From Podarcis gaigeae (taxonomy: Eukaryota): DNA of 64,000 nucleotides. A program made the translations under genes and the position numbers. How positions within the stretch are numbered: position 1 is the stretch's first letter; each line of letters opens with the position of its first letter. Location of the stretch: NCBI GenBank assembly GCA_964106915.2, contig OZ066915.1, one strand, 5' to 3'. This document shows, piece after piece, positions 13,266-25,790 of this stretch. The notes under the pieces were generated by a model. The model searched no databases, was not told the DNA's origin, and saw nothing but the letters and a program-made list of their open reading frames with translations.

Positions 13266-14476
13266 TGAGAATGTAGGTTTCAAGCCAGTTGCAGTCAGGA
13301 GGAAAAGTCTGGCTTGCTTCCTAAAATTAATCCCAGTCGGGTGGATTAGGGCCTTGTTGGCAGAATGAAGTGGCAGTTTCTCCCACCCCAAAGAGCAAGG
13401 TGATCCTGATTGTTAGCTTACAAAATACTAGAAGATCCTTCAGGGGGGCTTCCTCTCTCAGATTAAAAACAACAACTAGTAAATCAGGTACCACAGCTCT
13501 CGTGGTTGCAGGTTGTAAGCAGGAGTCAAGAGGGTGGGGCTGCCTGAATAGCACCCTGAAGTAATGCATGTGTATGTTACATAGAAATTGACTGGGCCCT
13601 ATGCATGCGCATGGCCTCAGAGTCTGATTAGGCCTTGAGATGATCCTACCAGGGCATCCCAGCTTCCAGCCCCTTGTACCTTTGTTCCGTGGCATTCTCT
13701 GATCAGTTAAAAGGAGCTGGCGGGGACCTTGCCATGCCCCATTGCTTTAGACAAAGCATACTCCGTGAGCACTGTTTCGAATTAGCGGGAAAGACTTCAA
13801 ACTCTTGATCTAAGGACTATTGGAAAGAAAGCCAGAAAAACAGGAAATCAGTTTGTAAATCTTGCTTATGAGCTAATCCAGCTTTTGGCTTTCCACTGCC
13901 CCGCACTGCTGCATCTCTTACAGGCTGGTGCCCAGCACTGGGATAGGAAGGAGAGGAACTGTGTTGGTAGCCAAGCTAAGTAAGTCATATCCAGCACGTG
14001 CTATATCCCGCTCAGAGCTATCTTGGGGGATTCGGTTCCTGCTGTTGGCCTTTCCTTTGCACGTGCCAATGTACTTGCTCTGTCTGCACTGAGGGGAGTG
14101 AGTTGCTTACTCTCCTCAGTGAGACCAGCAAGTCAAACTTTCCTTTCACACAGAAGTGAACTTCCTCTTTCTCAGGTATTGGTTTGAATCTGTCTTCCCA
14201 ACATCCCCAATCCACCAAAGTTACTAGCCACAAGCACGTCCCCAAAATGTCCGTATAAAGTCGGCAAGAGCATTAGAACTGGCCCTGCCTGGATCAGGCC
14301 AATGGCCCATCCAGTCCAGCATCCTGTTCTCACAGTCGCCAACCTGATTCCCTTTGGAAGCCTGCTGATGTTGTGTGCTCTCAAAAGCCACTTGTGCAGC
14401 TGTGTTTACAGGATGAGACCAAACTCACCCAGGAGTTAATCTGTTAGCCAACTTTGTGCTTGCCATAGTTCTACAC

Positions 14477-14614
14477 CAGCAGTTCTCAACCTGTGGGTAC
14501 CCAGATGTTGTTGGACTACAACTCCCATCATCCCTGAGCTCTGGCCTTGCTAGCTAGGAGTGATGGGAGTTGTAGTTCAACAACATCTGGGGACCCACAG
14601 GTTGAGAAAGGCTG
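14477..14614. mobile_element. Palindromic hAT-type MITE
   Basis: Almost fully self-complementary; 8-bp TSD TTCTACAC at 14469-14476 and 14615-14622. Confidence 0.85.
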
Positions 14615-14742
14615 TTCTACACGGAGTTGGAAGCTGAGAATGGATGGATGGATCCCATTATAATTGTTTCTTGTTGCTTCCAGAAAGCATCTGGTACTGC
14701 ACACAAGTGATTAGGTGGCTTATGGGTCTGCACCCAAGTTGA

Positions 14743-14895
<153 letters not shown>

Positions 14896-15143
14896 TGAGT
14901 GAGCCTCCCAGTGTGTAGGAAAGGGGGAAAGGCTCTATTTTGCTCTGTTTCCAGCCCCTTTTTTTGCCACACCATTTCTTTCTGCTTTTGAGGCAGGACT
15001 TCTGGGCTTGAAGAGTCCTGCCATAGCAAGAGGCGAGGCAGGAGCTGGAACGGCTAGGAGTGGACAGTTAAAGGTGGGTGGGTGGAGAACAATAAGATGC
15101 TGCTAAAGGATTTAAATGCTTTCTCTTCCTCACCGCTTGCCAG

Positions 15144-15241
15144 GAACACCCTTGCCAACAGTTGTGGCACTGGAATCCGCTCCTCCACCAACGACCCTAG
15201 CCGGAAACCCCTCGACAGCCGGGTGCTGCATGCTGTGAAGT
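15144..15241 (+). CDS. NACC1: NACC1 coding exon 4 (BEN domain)
   Basis: gccag|G AAC ACC..., [32 protein letters not shown], donor T|GTGAGT. Confidence 0.95.
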
Positions 15242-15649
15242 GTGAGTGTCTGCCTTAATAGATCCTTCTGCGGTGGGGAGGGAGCTTAGGAGTATATTAT
15301 TACTGCTTTCTTGAAGGGCATGAGGTGGGAAATTTTAGCTGTGTGTCATATGGTCAATAGGCAGAATATCCTATTCCACCCTATTGGAGCACCCAGATCC
15401 GTAACAATTCCAGCAGCGGAAGCAAATACAGAGCTGGAAGCGGGTCCTTTGTCTCACTCAAGGCTGTGGTTTTAAGATTTACTGTGCTGTGAGTCATCGC
15501 AGGCTTCCACCAGCATCTCGGGGGTCTTTGCTGGCATGGGCAGGCGTTGGTGTTCGGGTTCCCAAGAGGCAAAGAGCTGTGAGGATATTGATTCCCAGTT
15601 GCCGCTATAGCGACCTGATCCGGGCTCACGCCCTTCTTCTCTTCCTCAG

Positions 15650-15909
15650 TTTATTGCCAGAACTTTGCCCCCAACTTCAAGGAGAGCGAGATGAATGCAA
15701 TTGCTGCTGATATGTGCACGAACGCGCGGCGCGTTGTCCGCAAGAGCTGGATCCCCAAACTGAAACTACTGATGGCCGAGGGCGACACTTACACCACCTT
15801 CATCAATGACACTGGCAAGATGGAGCCAGACATCATGGGGGTGGAGCACAGCTTCGAGACGGGCAGCCATGACGGTGACGCAGGCACCTCCACCGAGGGC
15901 CTCCAGTAA
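15650..15909 (+). CDS. NACC1: NACC1 last coding exon
   Basis: cctcag|TT TAT TGC..., [39 protein letters not shown]...GLQ then TAA at 15907-15909. Confidence 0.95.
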
Positions 15910-17309
15910 AAACATGCCCATCTCTTTCCCCCGCCCCCAGTCGATGGTTTTTATTTCCTAATTTGATTTTTGTAGAATCGTTTTTCCACCTTTATTTCAT
16001 TTCTCCCCCCCCCCCCCGCCCGTTGTTGGTTTTTGTTTTTGTTTCGGCAGAGGAGAAAGAGCATTGTGCCTTCTCCTTTAAAAATATATATATACATATA
16101 TATATATTATTAAACATGGGCCTTGCTTCCTCAGGCGCCACAGGTAGTACGAGCTCAGAGGGGAGGTCTTGCTGCTGCATTGGCAGTTCTGGCTGGCATT
16201 TTCTCCCCCGTCCCTTCCCTCTGTCCTTGTTGTGCTATTAATTGTTCTTAGATATATATTTTAGTAGATTTTTTTTTTTAATACCAAATCCATTTGCAAA
16301 TGGAGGCCATGATCCAGGGAGGTCTTATCCCAGAGTGCTGCCTCTTTCTTCATCAGATCGGGTTCTCTCCAGACAGGGCTCTCTCTAACTTAGACTGATC
16401 ATCGTCAAGCCTTTTCCTCAGGTTCATACCAGAGAGTGGGAAAATCCTAGCGCCATGATAAATGAGAACAGGGAAGGGACTGGACCCCAGTGCTGTGGTC
16501 ATGGTATCCTTATTCATCTTGGCTTCCCTCCACTCTTGCCTAGGTATGTTCAGGTCTTGCACAGCATGGCAATTCCACCCCTGCCATTCTCAGTACACTC
16601 CTTTTTCCTTACTCTTTTTTCTCTCTTTCTATTTCTTCCCTTCCCTCCCTCCCTCCCTCCCTCTCAGACATACCTCTCCCTACTTTTTCTGTCTTCTAGA
16701 CCTTATGTACCTTCCCCATCCATTATCTGCCTTGGAGGTTTGGACAAGCCTAGCCTACTGAACTGAGAACGTGTACGGCAAATCTCTTTGGCAGTTCAGC
16801 CCTTCCATATTTTGATTGGCACAGAGTCATGAAGGGAACAAGGAAGGTTCTCACCCCCGCACCCAAACCCACCCACCCCCGCAAAAAAACCCAAATTTTA
16901 CATGCAGGTCTAATGTAGCTCTGATACCTCCAATGTTTCCTAAGCCTAGTGTTCTCTCTGAGGTGTTTAGTTTAAACGTGGGGTGCAATGTGCAAACTAT
17001 TCACTTTTCAGCCAGTCTGTGGAACAAATAGCAGCACTGCTGATTGAAATGCCAACCTTTTCTGCCACTTCAGCTAAATTGGCTCAAATGTCACAAGGTT
17101 TGGGAGTCAGGTTTTGAAGGAAGAGGAAAGCCAAGGGAGAAAGCATCACGTTCTTTTTTCCTGGAAGTGCCAGAAGCTACCCAGTATGCAAGGCTGCCTT
17201 TGACCTTAGCTCGCCTCCCAGCACCAGGTAATGAATCACAGTGTGAAATGTTGCCTCTTTCCTTCCCCTGCTCCATTAGTGATGCTTCCGAGTCATATTT
17301 GGTGCATAG

Positions 17310-17494
17310 CAGAGGAGCCAACTCCTAGGGGCCAAGGTCCCTTCGCTCCCCCCATAAAATATTTGATGTAGCCCCCCCCCCAAGTTGATAGGCATTGTAA
17401 TCCAAATAGTGTGTGTACACTAAGTCATGTCATCGATTATGCAGGGCAGGGTTTACCTGCCCCCCCCCCAATTTTATTCAAGTTTGCACCCCTG
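17310..17494. mobile_element. hAT-type MITE in the putative NACC1 3' UTR
   Basis: Imperfect TIRs CAGAGGAGCCAACT/AGTTTGCACCCCTG; TSD GTGCATAG/GTGCATAA. Confidence 0.65.
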
Positions 17495-20400
17495 GTGCAT
17501 AATGAAGAACTCCCATCCTCGGGTTCATAGGGATATTTTGAGATGGAAACTACATTTAGATGGGAAGCAAGCACATTTAGGTTCTACCCTGATTGCAGCA
17601 AAGCTCCTCTCCCTCTTTCTGCATTTCTATCTGTATGGTCTAAGATAACGACTTCAAATTACATTGCGAGAATCTCTCTCCTGGTTATTCTTACTAGAAA
17701 ACAAAGTCTGCAATTCTCTCAGGAAACAGTTGGCCTTCCTTTGAGCAAATCAAACTGTGAAATGAGGCAATGGGTGGCAATCTTTTTTTTTTTTAAAGGA
17801 ATTACAGCTTTTTAAAGAGGGTGAAAACTCCTGCCCATGAATTTTCAAGAGAATAAACTCCAGAGCAGTAGTTGTCCCTAGTAGCAAAAAGATGGCAAAT
17901 GCTGTGACATCTTGGAGACTAACTGGCTTATTATTTCAAGCTGGGCTGGCTATCTCATGTCTACTCATCTGTCAGTTGACGCAGGACTGGTCTGGGGAAA
18001 GTCCCATTTCTCTTAAGGGAGGGCTAGCAGTGGTCGCCTGGGCTCAGGCCACTGTTTCTTTGTGAAGAGGAAGCAAGACTAAGCAGGCCCAGTTACCTCT
18101 TGTGAAATAACTCTCTTATAATTTTTAATAAAAGTTCTAGTGGGTAGTACCAACTCTGTACTGGATATGTTACAGTCAGAGTTGCAACACTCAGATTCCA
18201 CCAGTTCTGATGTGGAGATCAGTAACAAAAATTGAACATGTTGTTACGAAAAGGGCTCAAAAGCAGCCTAGCCTATAGAGAGCCCTTTGCTCTGAGTGCT
18301 CCTAATTAAGCATTGGCAGTGACTCCATGTTGACAAGTGGGCTGGGGTATATTTTCACTTGTCGTAGGCAAGCTCAGAGAACACCCTGGTACATTTAATT
18401 TTGTGGCGCAGGAGGAATGTACCTTGTAGTGGCTGCTTCACCTACTAGTACAAATCTATGCTTGCTTCTTCACTAATTTTACTTGTATTTCTGCGCCCAG
18501 GAGAAAACATTTGCAACACTAAGGATGCAATCCTAAGCATACGTAACTGGGAAGTGAGTGCCGTTGAACTGAGTGGGATATACTTCTGAGTAGACATGCA
18601 CTGCAAGGATACATTTTGGCTCTCGATATCTTGGTCAGAACTCTCCTTAGGTAACTTGACAAAATGGCCACCAACCAGCTGCATGACTGAAAAGTTATGT
18701 ACAATAGAGTATGGCTTTTGAAATACTAAGATGGCATGCATCCATTTTTTATGTCCTACAACGTTGCTTCATCATAGAAAGGACTTGGCTTCTACTTCAG
18801 GGCATATTTTTGGCTTTCTTTTGTCTGCACAGTTGGCAGTCTTAGCTGTTGTTTCTTTAATGAGTTATTTGATACTAAAAGCAGGACATTATCCTTTCCT
18901 TCCACTGGAGGGAGACAGACACGTGAATATGTTAAAAGGAAGTACTGTTTAAATGAGCACTCATTTTGCCTTTGGCGGCAGGAGACTGAGCTCAAGTCCA
19001 GGAGGCTGGATGCGTAGCATTCCCCATTTGCTCTGTGTTGGCCCAGCACAGTTGTATTTCACTCGCTGTGAAATGGTTGTTTGTTTGTTTGTTTTTAAAT
19101 AAAAAGGGCTGGCAATTATCTAAACTTACCGTAGGCAGATCTACATTTCAAACCTAGGTCAGGTTTATACTGCTTTAAATGACACGACTTCTCCAGGGAA
19201 ATCATGGGAATTGTATTTTTATGATTTTGCTGAGAATATTCTTTTTCAGTCTTCCCCAGAATTGCCATTCCAGTGCCTCCGTTGGTGGAAACCCATGGTA
19301 AACTGGGTTTATTTAGTGATGTAGCCACACGCTAGCTGGTGACTGTGTCAGCATTTGCACTACACTTGAAGGAATGGATCACATTTTGCCAAGATCTGAA
19401 AGCATAAATGTTGGCATTGACACAATTCTGACATAACACTAAGTTCTCGCTTTCTTTCAGGTCATTTCTTCTCCTTCCCCACTAGCTGCTTTTAAACAGG
19501 AAAGGGTTATTTTATCACCCAGCATGCCCTATTTTTCCATTGCATTATATGGTCATGTATGTACTTAAGCTCACTCATTTTACCCTTGTACTTTTCCCTG
19601 AAAAAGTTGATGGAAAAGTAACATTTAAAAACATAGATATTCACTACACAGAAAGTGGCAATCTCATTCTAATTTTCTTAATCTGATTTCTCAGATAGTT
19701 CTAGAAGGGAAATTTAATGAGATTTCCCTTGAGGATTGGCCTTGTTCTAAGTCATGCTGAATATGAACATGGAACAAAATAAGATATCAGCTTGGTTGCA
19801 AAGCATCTGTCAACCTAATCCAGAAAAAAAGAACCACATGTGTAGCAACTATACATATACATTGCCCCTGGATGCACACCTGCATGTTCATCTAAGTGTT
19901 GCTGAATAGCTGGGTGAATAATTTAATGCACATGAGGCCACCATTTGTTATGGGGTTATGAAGTTACCAGTTGCACTCAACTCCAGTTGCATATGGCCCA
20001 AGTCCCTCTCCTCCAAATGCCTGGTCATTGACTCTGTTACTCATATATATATAATATATACACACATCATTACACTGGCTGACTGATGTGCATCATACTC
20101 TCTTCTCTTACTTTCTCCCCCAACCCACCAAACCTCTCCCATTTGACCTTTAAGTTCTAAATTGTACAAGTTCAGATAGATTTCCCTCTCCTCTCTCCCA
20201 GTGATGGCGGAACTGGAATTTGTAATGGAACTCACTCTCTCTCTAAAGAATCAAGTTGGAGAAGTGAAGGTTGGGTGGCTTATATTTGGTTTGGAAATTA
20301 CTCTGAAATTCTAAGTAAATGTGGTGAAAGAGGCTAGAATGCTTTCATATGTTCCTCTTCACATACTAGTCCTTGTGTGCCTACTTTTCTCCGTGACCTT

Positions 20401-20959
20401 CACGTAAGACCATCATTGGAAGAAGCACTCTTTAAAAAAACACTGTGGTGGGGCTACATCGTTAAGCTTGATTTTTTTTTTTCCCCTGAAGAAGAAAAAG
20501 ACTTCTGGGTGGATGGTAGAAACTAGATCATATCAAAGCAGGACAAGCCCCCAAATCTCACTTTGAACCCTGTTAAAGAACAAGCCATTGTTTGAAGCAA
20601 CATAAAATGTTGTTTCAAACTCTCATCTCTGGAATGACTGGTCAGTCATAAATTATGCTTCTTGTTAATGCCGCCTCCCCGACTAGTAACTCACCAAAAA
20701 TTGTTTTTTTAACCTTCCAGCTGGAATGCATTTCATGGCTTACATTTTAGGGTACACAGCTAAAACTGATCTTTATGACTAGGCCAAATGCACTTTCTTT
20801 ACCATGTGTATGAGAAGGCCAAACCTAAGCCAAGACTGAACATACCATCATCTGCTGCATGTATATAGAGTGGAAGACATACTTTGCTGCTGCATCATGA
20901 GAATGGAAGCTTGTTTGCTTGCTTTGACTGCTTTCCATTAGCTTTTCTAAGTTTTCATA

Positions 20960-21206
20960 CAGTCGTACCTTGGTTGTTGAACAGAATCTGTTCCAGAAGT
21001 CCATTTGACTTCCAAAAACGTTCAACAACCAAGGCATGGCTTCTGATTGGCTGCAGGAGCTTCCTGCAGCCAATCGGAAGCCCCGTCGGATGTTTGGCTT
21101 CCAAAGATTGTTTGCAAACCAGTTGCAAACACTCACTTCTGGGTTTGTGGTGTTTGGGAGCCAAAACATTCAAGTCACATGGCATTCGAGATCCAAGGTA
21201 CGACTA
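20960..21206. mobile_element. Tc1/mariner-type MITE with internal hairpin
   Basis: TIR CAGTCGTACCTTGG...CCAAGGTACGACT, TA flanks; internal palindrome at 21038-21082. Confidence 0.75.
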
Positions 21207-21835
21207 TATTTGCTTTTTCCTTATCCCAACGCTATTCCCAGTTTTGCATCCGTTATCTTGAAATGATTACCATGTCTTGTTGCAAGTAACCGAATGGCAT
21301 TGCGATCAAACTGAGATGGGACAGACAAAGAAACTTCACATTCTTGCTCATTTCTACAGCTCTTTTATTCTGCCTAAATTCCCTCCCCTCTCTCATGCCT
21401 TTTTTGCAAGACAGATGCAGGTGGTGGTCATTTTATATCATCCGGGTGTTGCAAATGCAAGCGGTCAGTCAGCAAAGTTTGAGTTTTACCTTTTGTATAT
21501 CAGCCACAAGGTTTGATTCCAGAGCTTTGGAAAGAACACTTTTTAACCTACTGTTGGAGTTTGGAAACATCTGTAGAAAGTAAGTGTTCAATCAAACCAG
21601 TAAGTTATTATGTAACTGATCTGAGTACCTTCTTGATCCTTCTTCCTAACATAAAGCTGTTTAGATATGGACAGAAGTGTGCATGGAAATTACAAGGACG
21701 CTTGGGGGAAGAGTCATAGGTCAGAGGTAGAACAAGTGATTTGCATGCAAGTTCAATCTTTGGCATTTTCAGGTAGGGCTGGGGATGGCAGCACAGACAA
21801 AATTTAGCTTGATGGACTAATGGTGACTCTGTATT

Positions 21836-22188
21836 TGACCACTGAGCTTCTTGGGCTTGCTGATCAGAAGATCACCGGTTCAGATCTAGGTGATGGGGTG
21901 AGCTCCCGTTGCTCTGTCCCAGCTTCTGCCAACATAGCAGTTCGAAAGCACACCAGTGCAAGTAGAGAAATAGGTACCGTTGGGGCGGGAAGGTAAACGG
22001 TGTTTCCATGCGCTCTGGTTTCTGTCAGTGTTCCATTGTGCCAGAAGCGGTTTAGTCATGCTGGCCACATGACCTGGAAAGCTCTCTGTGGATAAACACC
22101 AGCTCCCTTGGCCTGAAAAGCGAGATGAGCGCCACACCCCATAGTCACCTTTGACTCGACTTAACCGTTCAGGGGTCCTTTACCTTTA
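21836..22188 (+). mobile_element. Sauria SINE, 5'-eroded, in the putative NACC1 3' UTR
   Basis: Similar to the 34209 copy (ggggtgagctcccgtt...ttagtcatgctggccacatgacc...cctttaccttta). Confidence 0.85.
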
Positions 22189-23384
22189 TCCTGAATGTCA
22201 TTTGGCTGAACTTAGGTGAGCAATTTTATTTACACTGGAACATGAAGCAGACTAACTTCTTGCAGCATTTGTCTGCATGCAAAAGGGTTGTTGTTTTTTA
22301 AAAAATCAGGTTAGGCTTAGGGCATCCCCTAGGCCAAAAAGATAAGAGTTGTACATTTTCTCACCAGGAGGCTTGGCATATTTAGGAGAGTTGGCCCAAA
22401 GTAGCTACTAACCTTGAAGAATCCTATCCTGTTTCTCTGTGTTGTGAGCTGTGTTGGTAGGACTGCCAGATCTAAATTTCAAAAACAAAGGGACACTGGA
22501 AGAGGAATGTCTGGACATACGTTATGACCGATTGGGGCTGTGCTTTTTGGAATTCTGGGTATGTAGAATCCTGGGGAGACCCACTCTGAGGCAATTGAAA
22601 TGGCACTGTCTAGCCTCATGGATATTATCTGGAGATGTAACAGAATGGCGAGATCCAGCATAAATGCCCTGCAGCAGAGGAAACTCAAGAATTACCTATA
22701 TTAGAGGGTCTCTGAGGATCACTTGGACTCAAAATGTTATAATCTTTCTCTGAGGTTCCTTCTAGCCAGCTGAATAATTCTCCCCGCCCCCCATGGTCTA
22801 TTTGTATCTTGGGCAGGCTTTCTGTTGGAAATGGGAATAATCCCACGATGGGGCGAAGGGAATGAGGCCTTCTTCTGTCTTTTGTTGTATCCACTTTTTG
22901 GTCCATCTTTTATTTTTTGCTTTTGTTGGGTTCTTCTTCTTTTTTTCTAAACTAGAGCAAACAATTTTATAAAAAAGGACAAAAAAATGTACACTGAAAA
23001 GCACTAACAAAGCCTGATTATGTAACCTCTGTGCAGATGCAGCATGGACTTTTCTCTCTTCCCCCTTCCAGGCGCTTTGGGTTGATGCAAGCAGCTACTC
23101 CAATATCAGCCCCTCTCCCTCCCTTGCCCCTTGTAAAACCCTCTCAGAGAGGAAAACAGATCCTTTAAAATGAAATAACAAAAGCATCCTCCCCCTTTCC
23201 CCCGCCCGCCCCACCCCAGCTCCCTCAGCACCCCCTGCTTTTCACCGTAAAGCCCACCTCTTTGCCCCTGGATAATGCCAGTATTTGTTCTGTGTTATAA
23301 GTGCCAAGAAAAATTTTGTGACTCCCTCATCCCTGTGACCTGAGAGTATCAAGAAATTGCACATTAACTACTGTAAAGATTAAA

Positions 23385-23419
23385 AATAAAAAAAGGAATT
23401 CAGAAATGTTAATAATAAA
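23385..23419 (+). terminator. Probable distal poly(A) signals of NACC1
   Basis: AATAAA at 23385-23390 and 23414-23419, ending an AU-rich UTR-like block; assignment to NACC1 is inference. Confidence 0.55.
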
Positions 23420-25713
23420 AAAAAGTTTGTAACAGTTGCGTGCCTGACCATTTCATTTGTAAGCTTGATTATTCCCTGGGGAGTTTATCATGGAGCAGCC
23501 TTGCTGAAATTAAAAACAGACCGGATTTGCTTAAGGTAGGTATCTAAGCTTTGGAGCATTTCTGTGGATCCATCAGGCTAAGTAACTTCTATTTCCAAAT
23601 TAAGCAACCCCATTATACAAAACAAATATGACTGAGATTCATGTTTGTGTGATTCATTAAATTTCGTATCTTGCTCTTCAACTCCCCTATACTAGAGTAC
23701 AGATGGGCAACTGGTTGCCCTCCATATGTTGTTCATTCAGCTTATCAGCATGGCCAATGGTGAAGGCTGATGAGAGTTGTACTCCAGCAACATTGGGAGG
23801 GCCACCAGTTCCTCACCTCTGGACTAGACAAAGCATTCCTTAAGCCACAGCATAAATGTTTGCAAAACCGAGCATCATTTGATTAGCATATTTATCTTTT
23901 CTTGAGTTCAGCAGAACATGTTGAATTTCTATTACTCTACTGAAAAGACTGGCTCCGATTAAATTGCTGTGCACAGTTCCCTGGGACTAAGCCCCACTGA
24001 ACACAGATTGAACTACATCAGATTAGCCTGCAAACTGCACAGCAAGACACTCGGGGAGGGAGGACATGATACAAGGGTTGTACTGCTGCAAATGGTAGAG
24101 ACAAGCGAGAAATTACTCGGTTGCTTGGAATACAATGTGATCACAGCCTTGAGCTTTAGGCAATCAGTTAAGAATCATCTTAAATAATGCCCCCACAATT
24201 CAATAAGAGTGACTGAGAGTGCGTTCAAAGTCCATTAGATCCCTAGCTTCAAATAACTTCTGTGGCTGGCCGGCCACAGTTGAAGACAGAATTCTAGACT
24301 AGTTAGATCAAAGTAGGGTTCTCTTCTAGTTCAGAGGTGGGGAATTTCTGTTGCTTCATATTTTGTTGGTCTTCAGTGTCCGGCAGTCAGGGATGACAGT
24401 GACAATCTGACATCATCGGGATCGCCATTGCTGCTCTTGTTTTCACATTTTGGGGTATGTAAATATCACCACTCCCTTCTCACAGCAACATTCCAGAACC
24501 AAAGTTTGCATTAAATAGAAGTATAAAAACTTTTATTTTTTTTCTTGGAAGAACTAAAAAGCTTGTTCTGGTACCTTTTAATAATACTTCACAATAGAAA
24601 CAGAATGGCTTCTGAGTGCATGTGACAGCAGGGCTGCCTCATAGAAAGGACTGTTCTTCTCCACATCAGGCTACTGAGTTACTTGGGCTTGGCTGAAAGT
24701 AGCCTCTTTATATCAGCATAGACAGTGTGTCCTTGGCAGGGATTTAGACCTAAGGGGAGAAGGTTTGTTTACCATATAACTGAAAGGGATTGAGCTGACT
24801 GGGTGTCTGGAAACCAGTTTTCTTGAAGTGCTTGGCAGCACCCCAGAAGTATTGGCACCACTTGCAACCTGAAGCACAGCACTGAGGCCTGAGGGATTTG
24901 GGTGATGAGATTCTGACATTTTGCTCCCTGTTTCTGTTGGACGGCTGGCCTCACGGTAAGAGAAGGAGCTTTGGGGTGATGTTGCCAGTTCCACGAAGCA
25001 AAATCCCTTTCTTGGCACTTAATGCAGTGAGATGGCTTTGGCCTGTTCTCAACTCTGAGCAATTCTGCCCTTTAAAAAGGAAGCGAGGCCTTTGTCCTAC
25101 CCCGTCTGTTCACAATATCCATCTGCTACTGGCTGAGGTAAAACACAACCGATGGCTTAGTCAATTGTGCTTCTTCAGCAGGCACATTAAATGTGCAGCA
25201 ATCTTGCGCCCGTTCAGAGGTGGCATGAAGAATAAGAACCTATAATGGCAGCAAAAATAGTCAGCTGGGACCATGTTCTTCCTCTTTGGCTGCTGGAGAT
25301 GAGGAGAAAAGGCTACTCGGTGGGGGAAAGGAAACTGACACTGCTGCATCTACTTGCAAAATGGGTAACAAACCGCATATGCAATATGGCTTCCACATTT
25401 ATCAGGCACATCTGTCTGTCTATAATTTCACCTTGGCACACACAAAAGGGGGAGATTTCCTAAGCTCCAGAACCCAGTCCTCCTTTTTCACAATTCTGCA
25501 GCCTTAAACAATTAGGAGCAAAGTCTGACTGAAAGGGAGAGCAGCCCATTTGGAAATCCATCATTCCACCTGATTAAATGGACTTGCTTCCTTTTCACCT
25601 TTGGAGAAAGCTTCGCACCGATCCCACACAGGATACAAGGCCCCGGTGTTCCACTTGACAGGGATGGGATTGGTTCCATGCCCCCCTTCCCCCATGTCCG
25701 TTCTGCCGTTTGA

Positions 25714-25790
25714 TCACAGAGCAAAGATAAGAACCAGCACTACCACCATGACAACGAGCAACAGGCCGATGATGCACCACTGACGCCGTT
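25714..25790 (-). CDS. STX10: STX10 exon 8 (C-terminal transmembrane anchor)
   Basis: atcag|AA CGG..., ERRQWCIIGLLLVVMVVVLVLIFAL then TGA. Confidence 0.94.
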
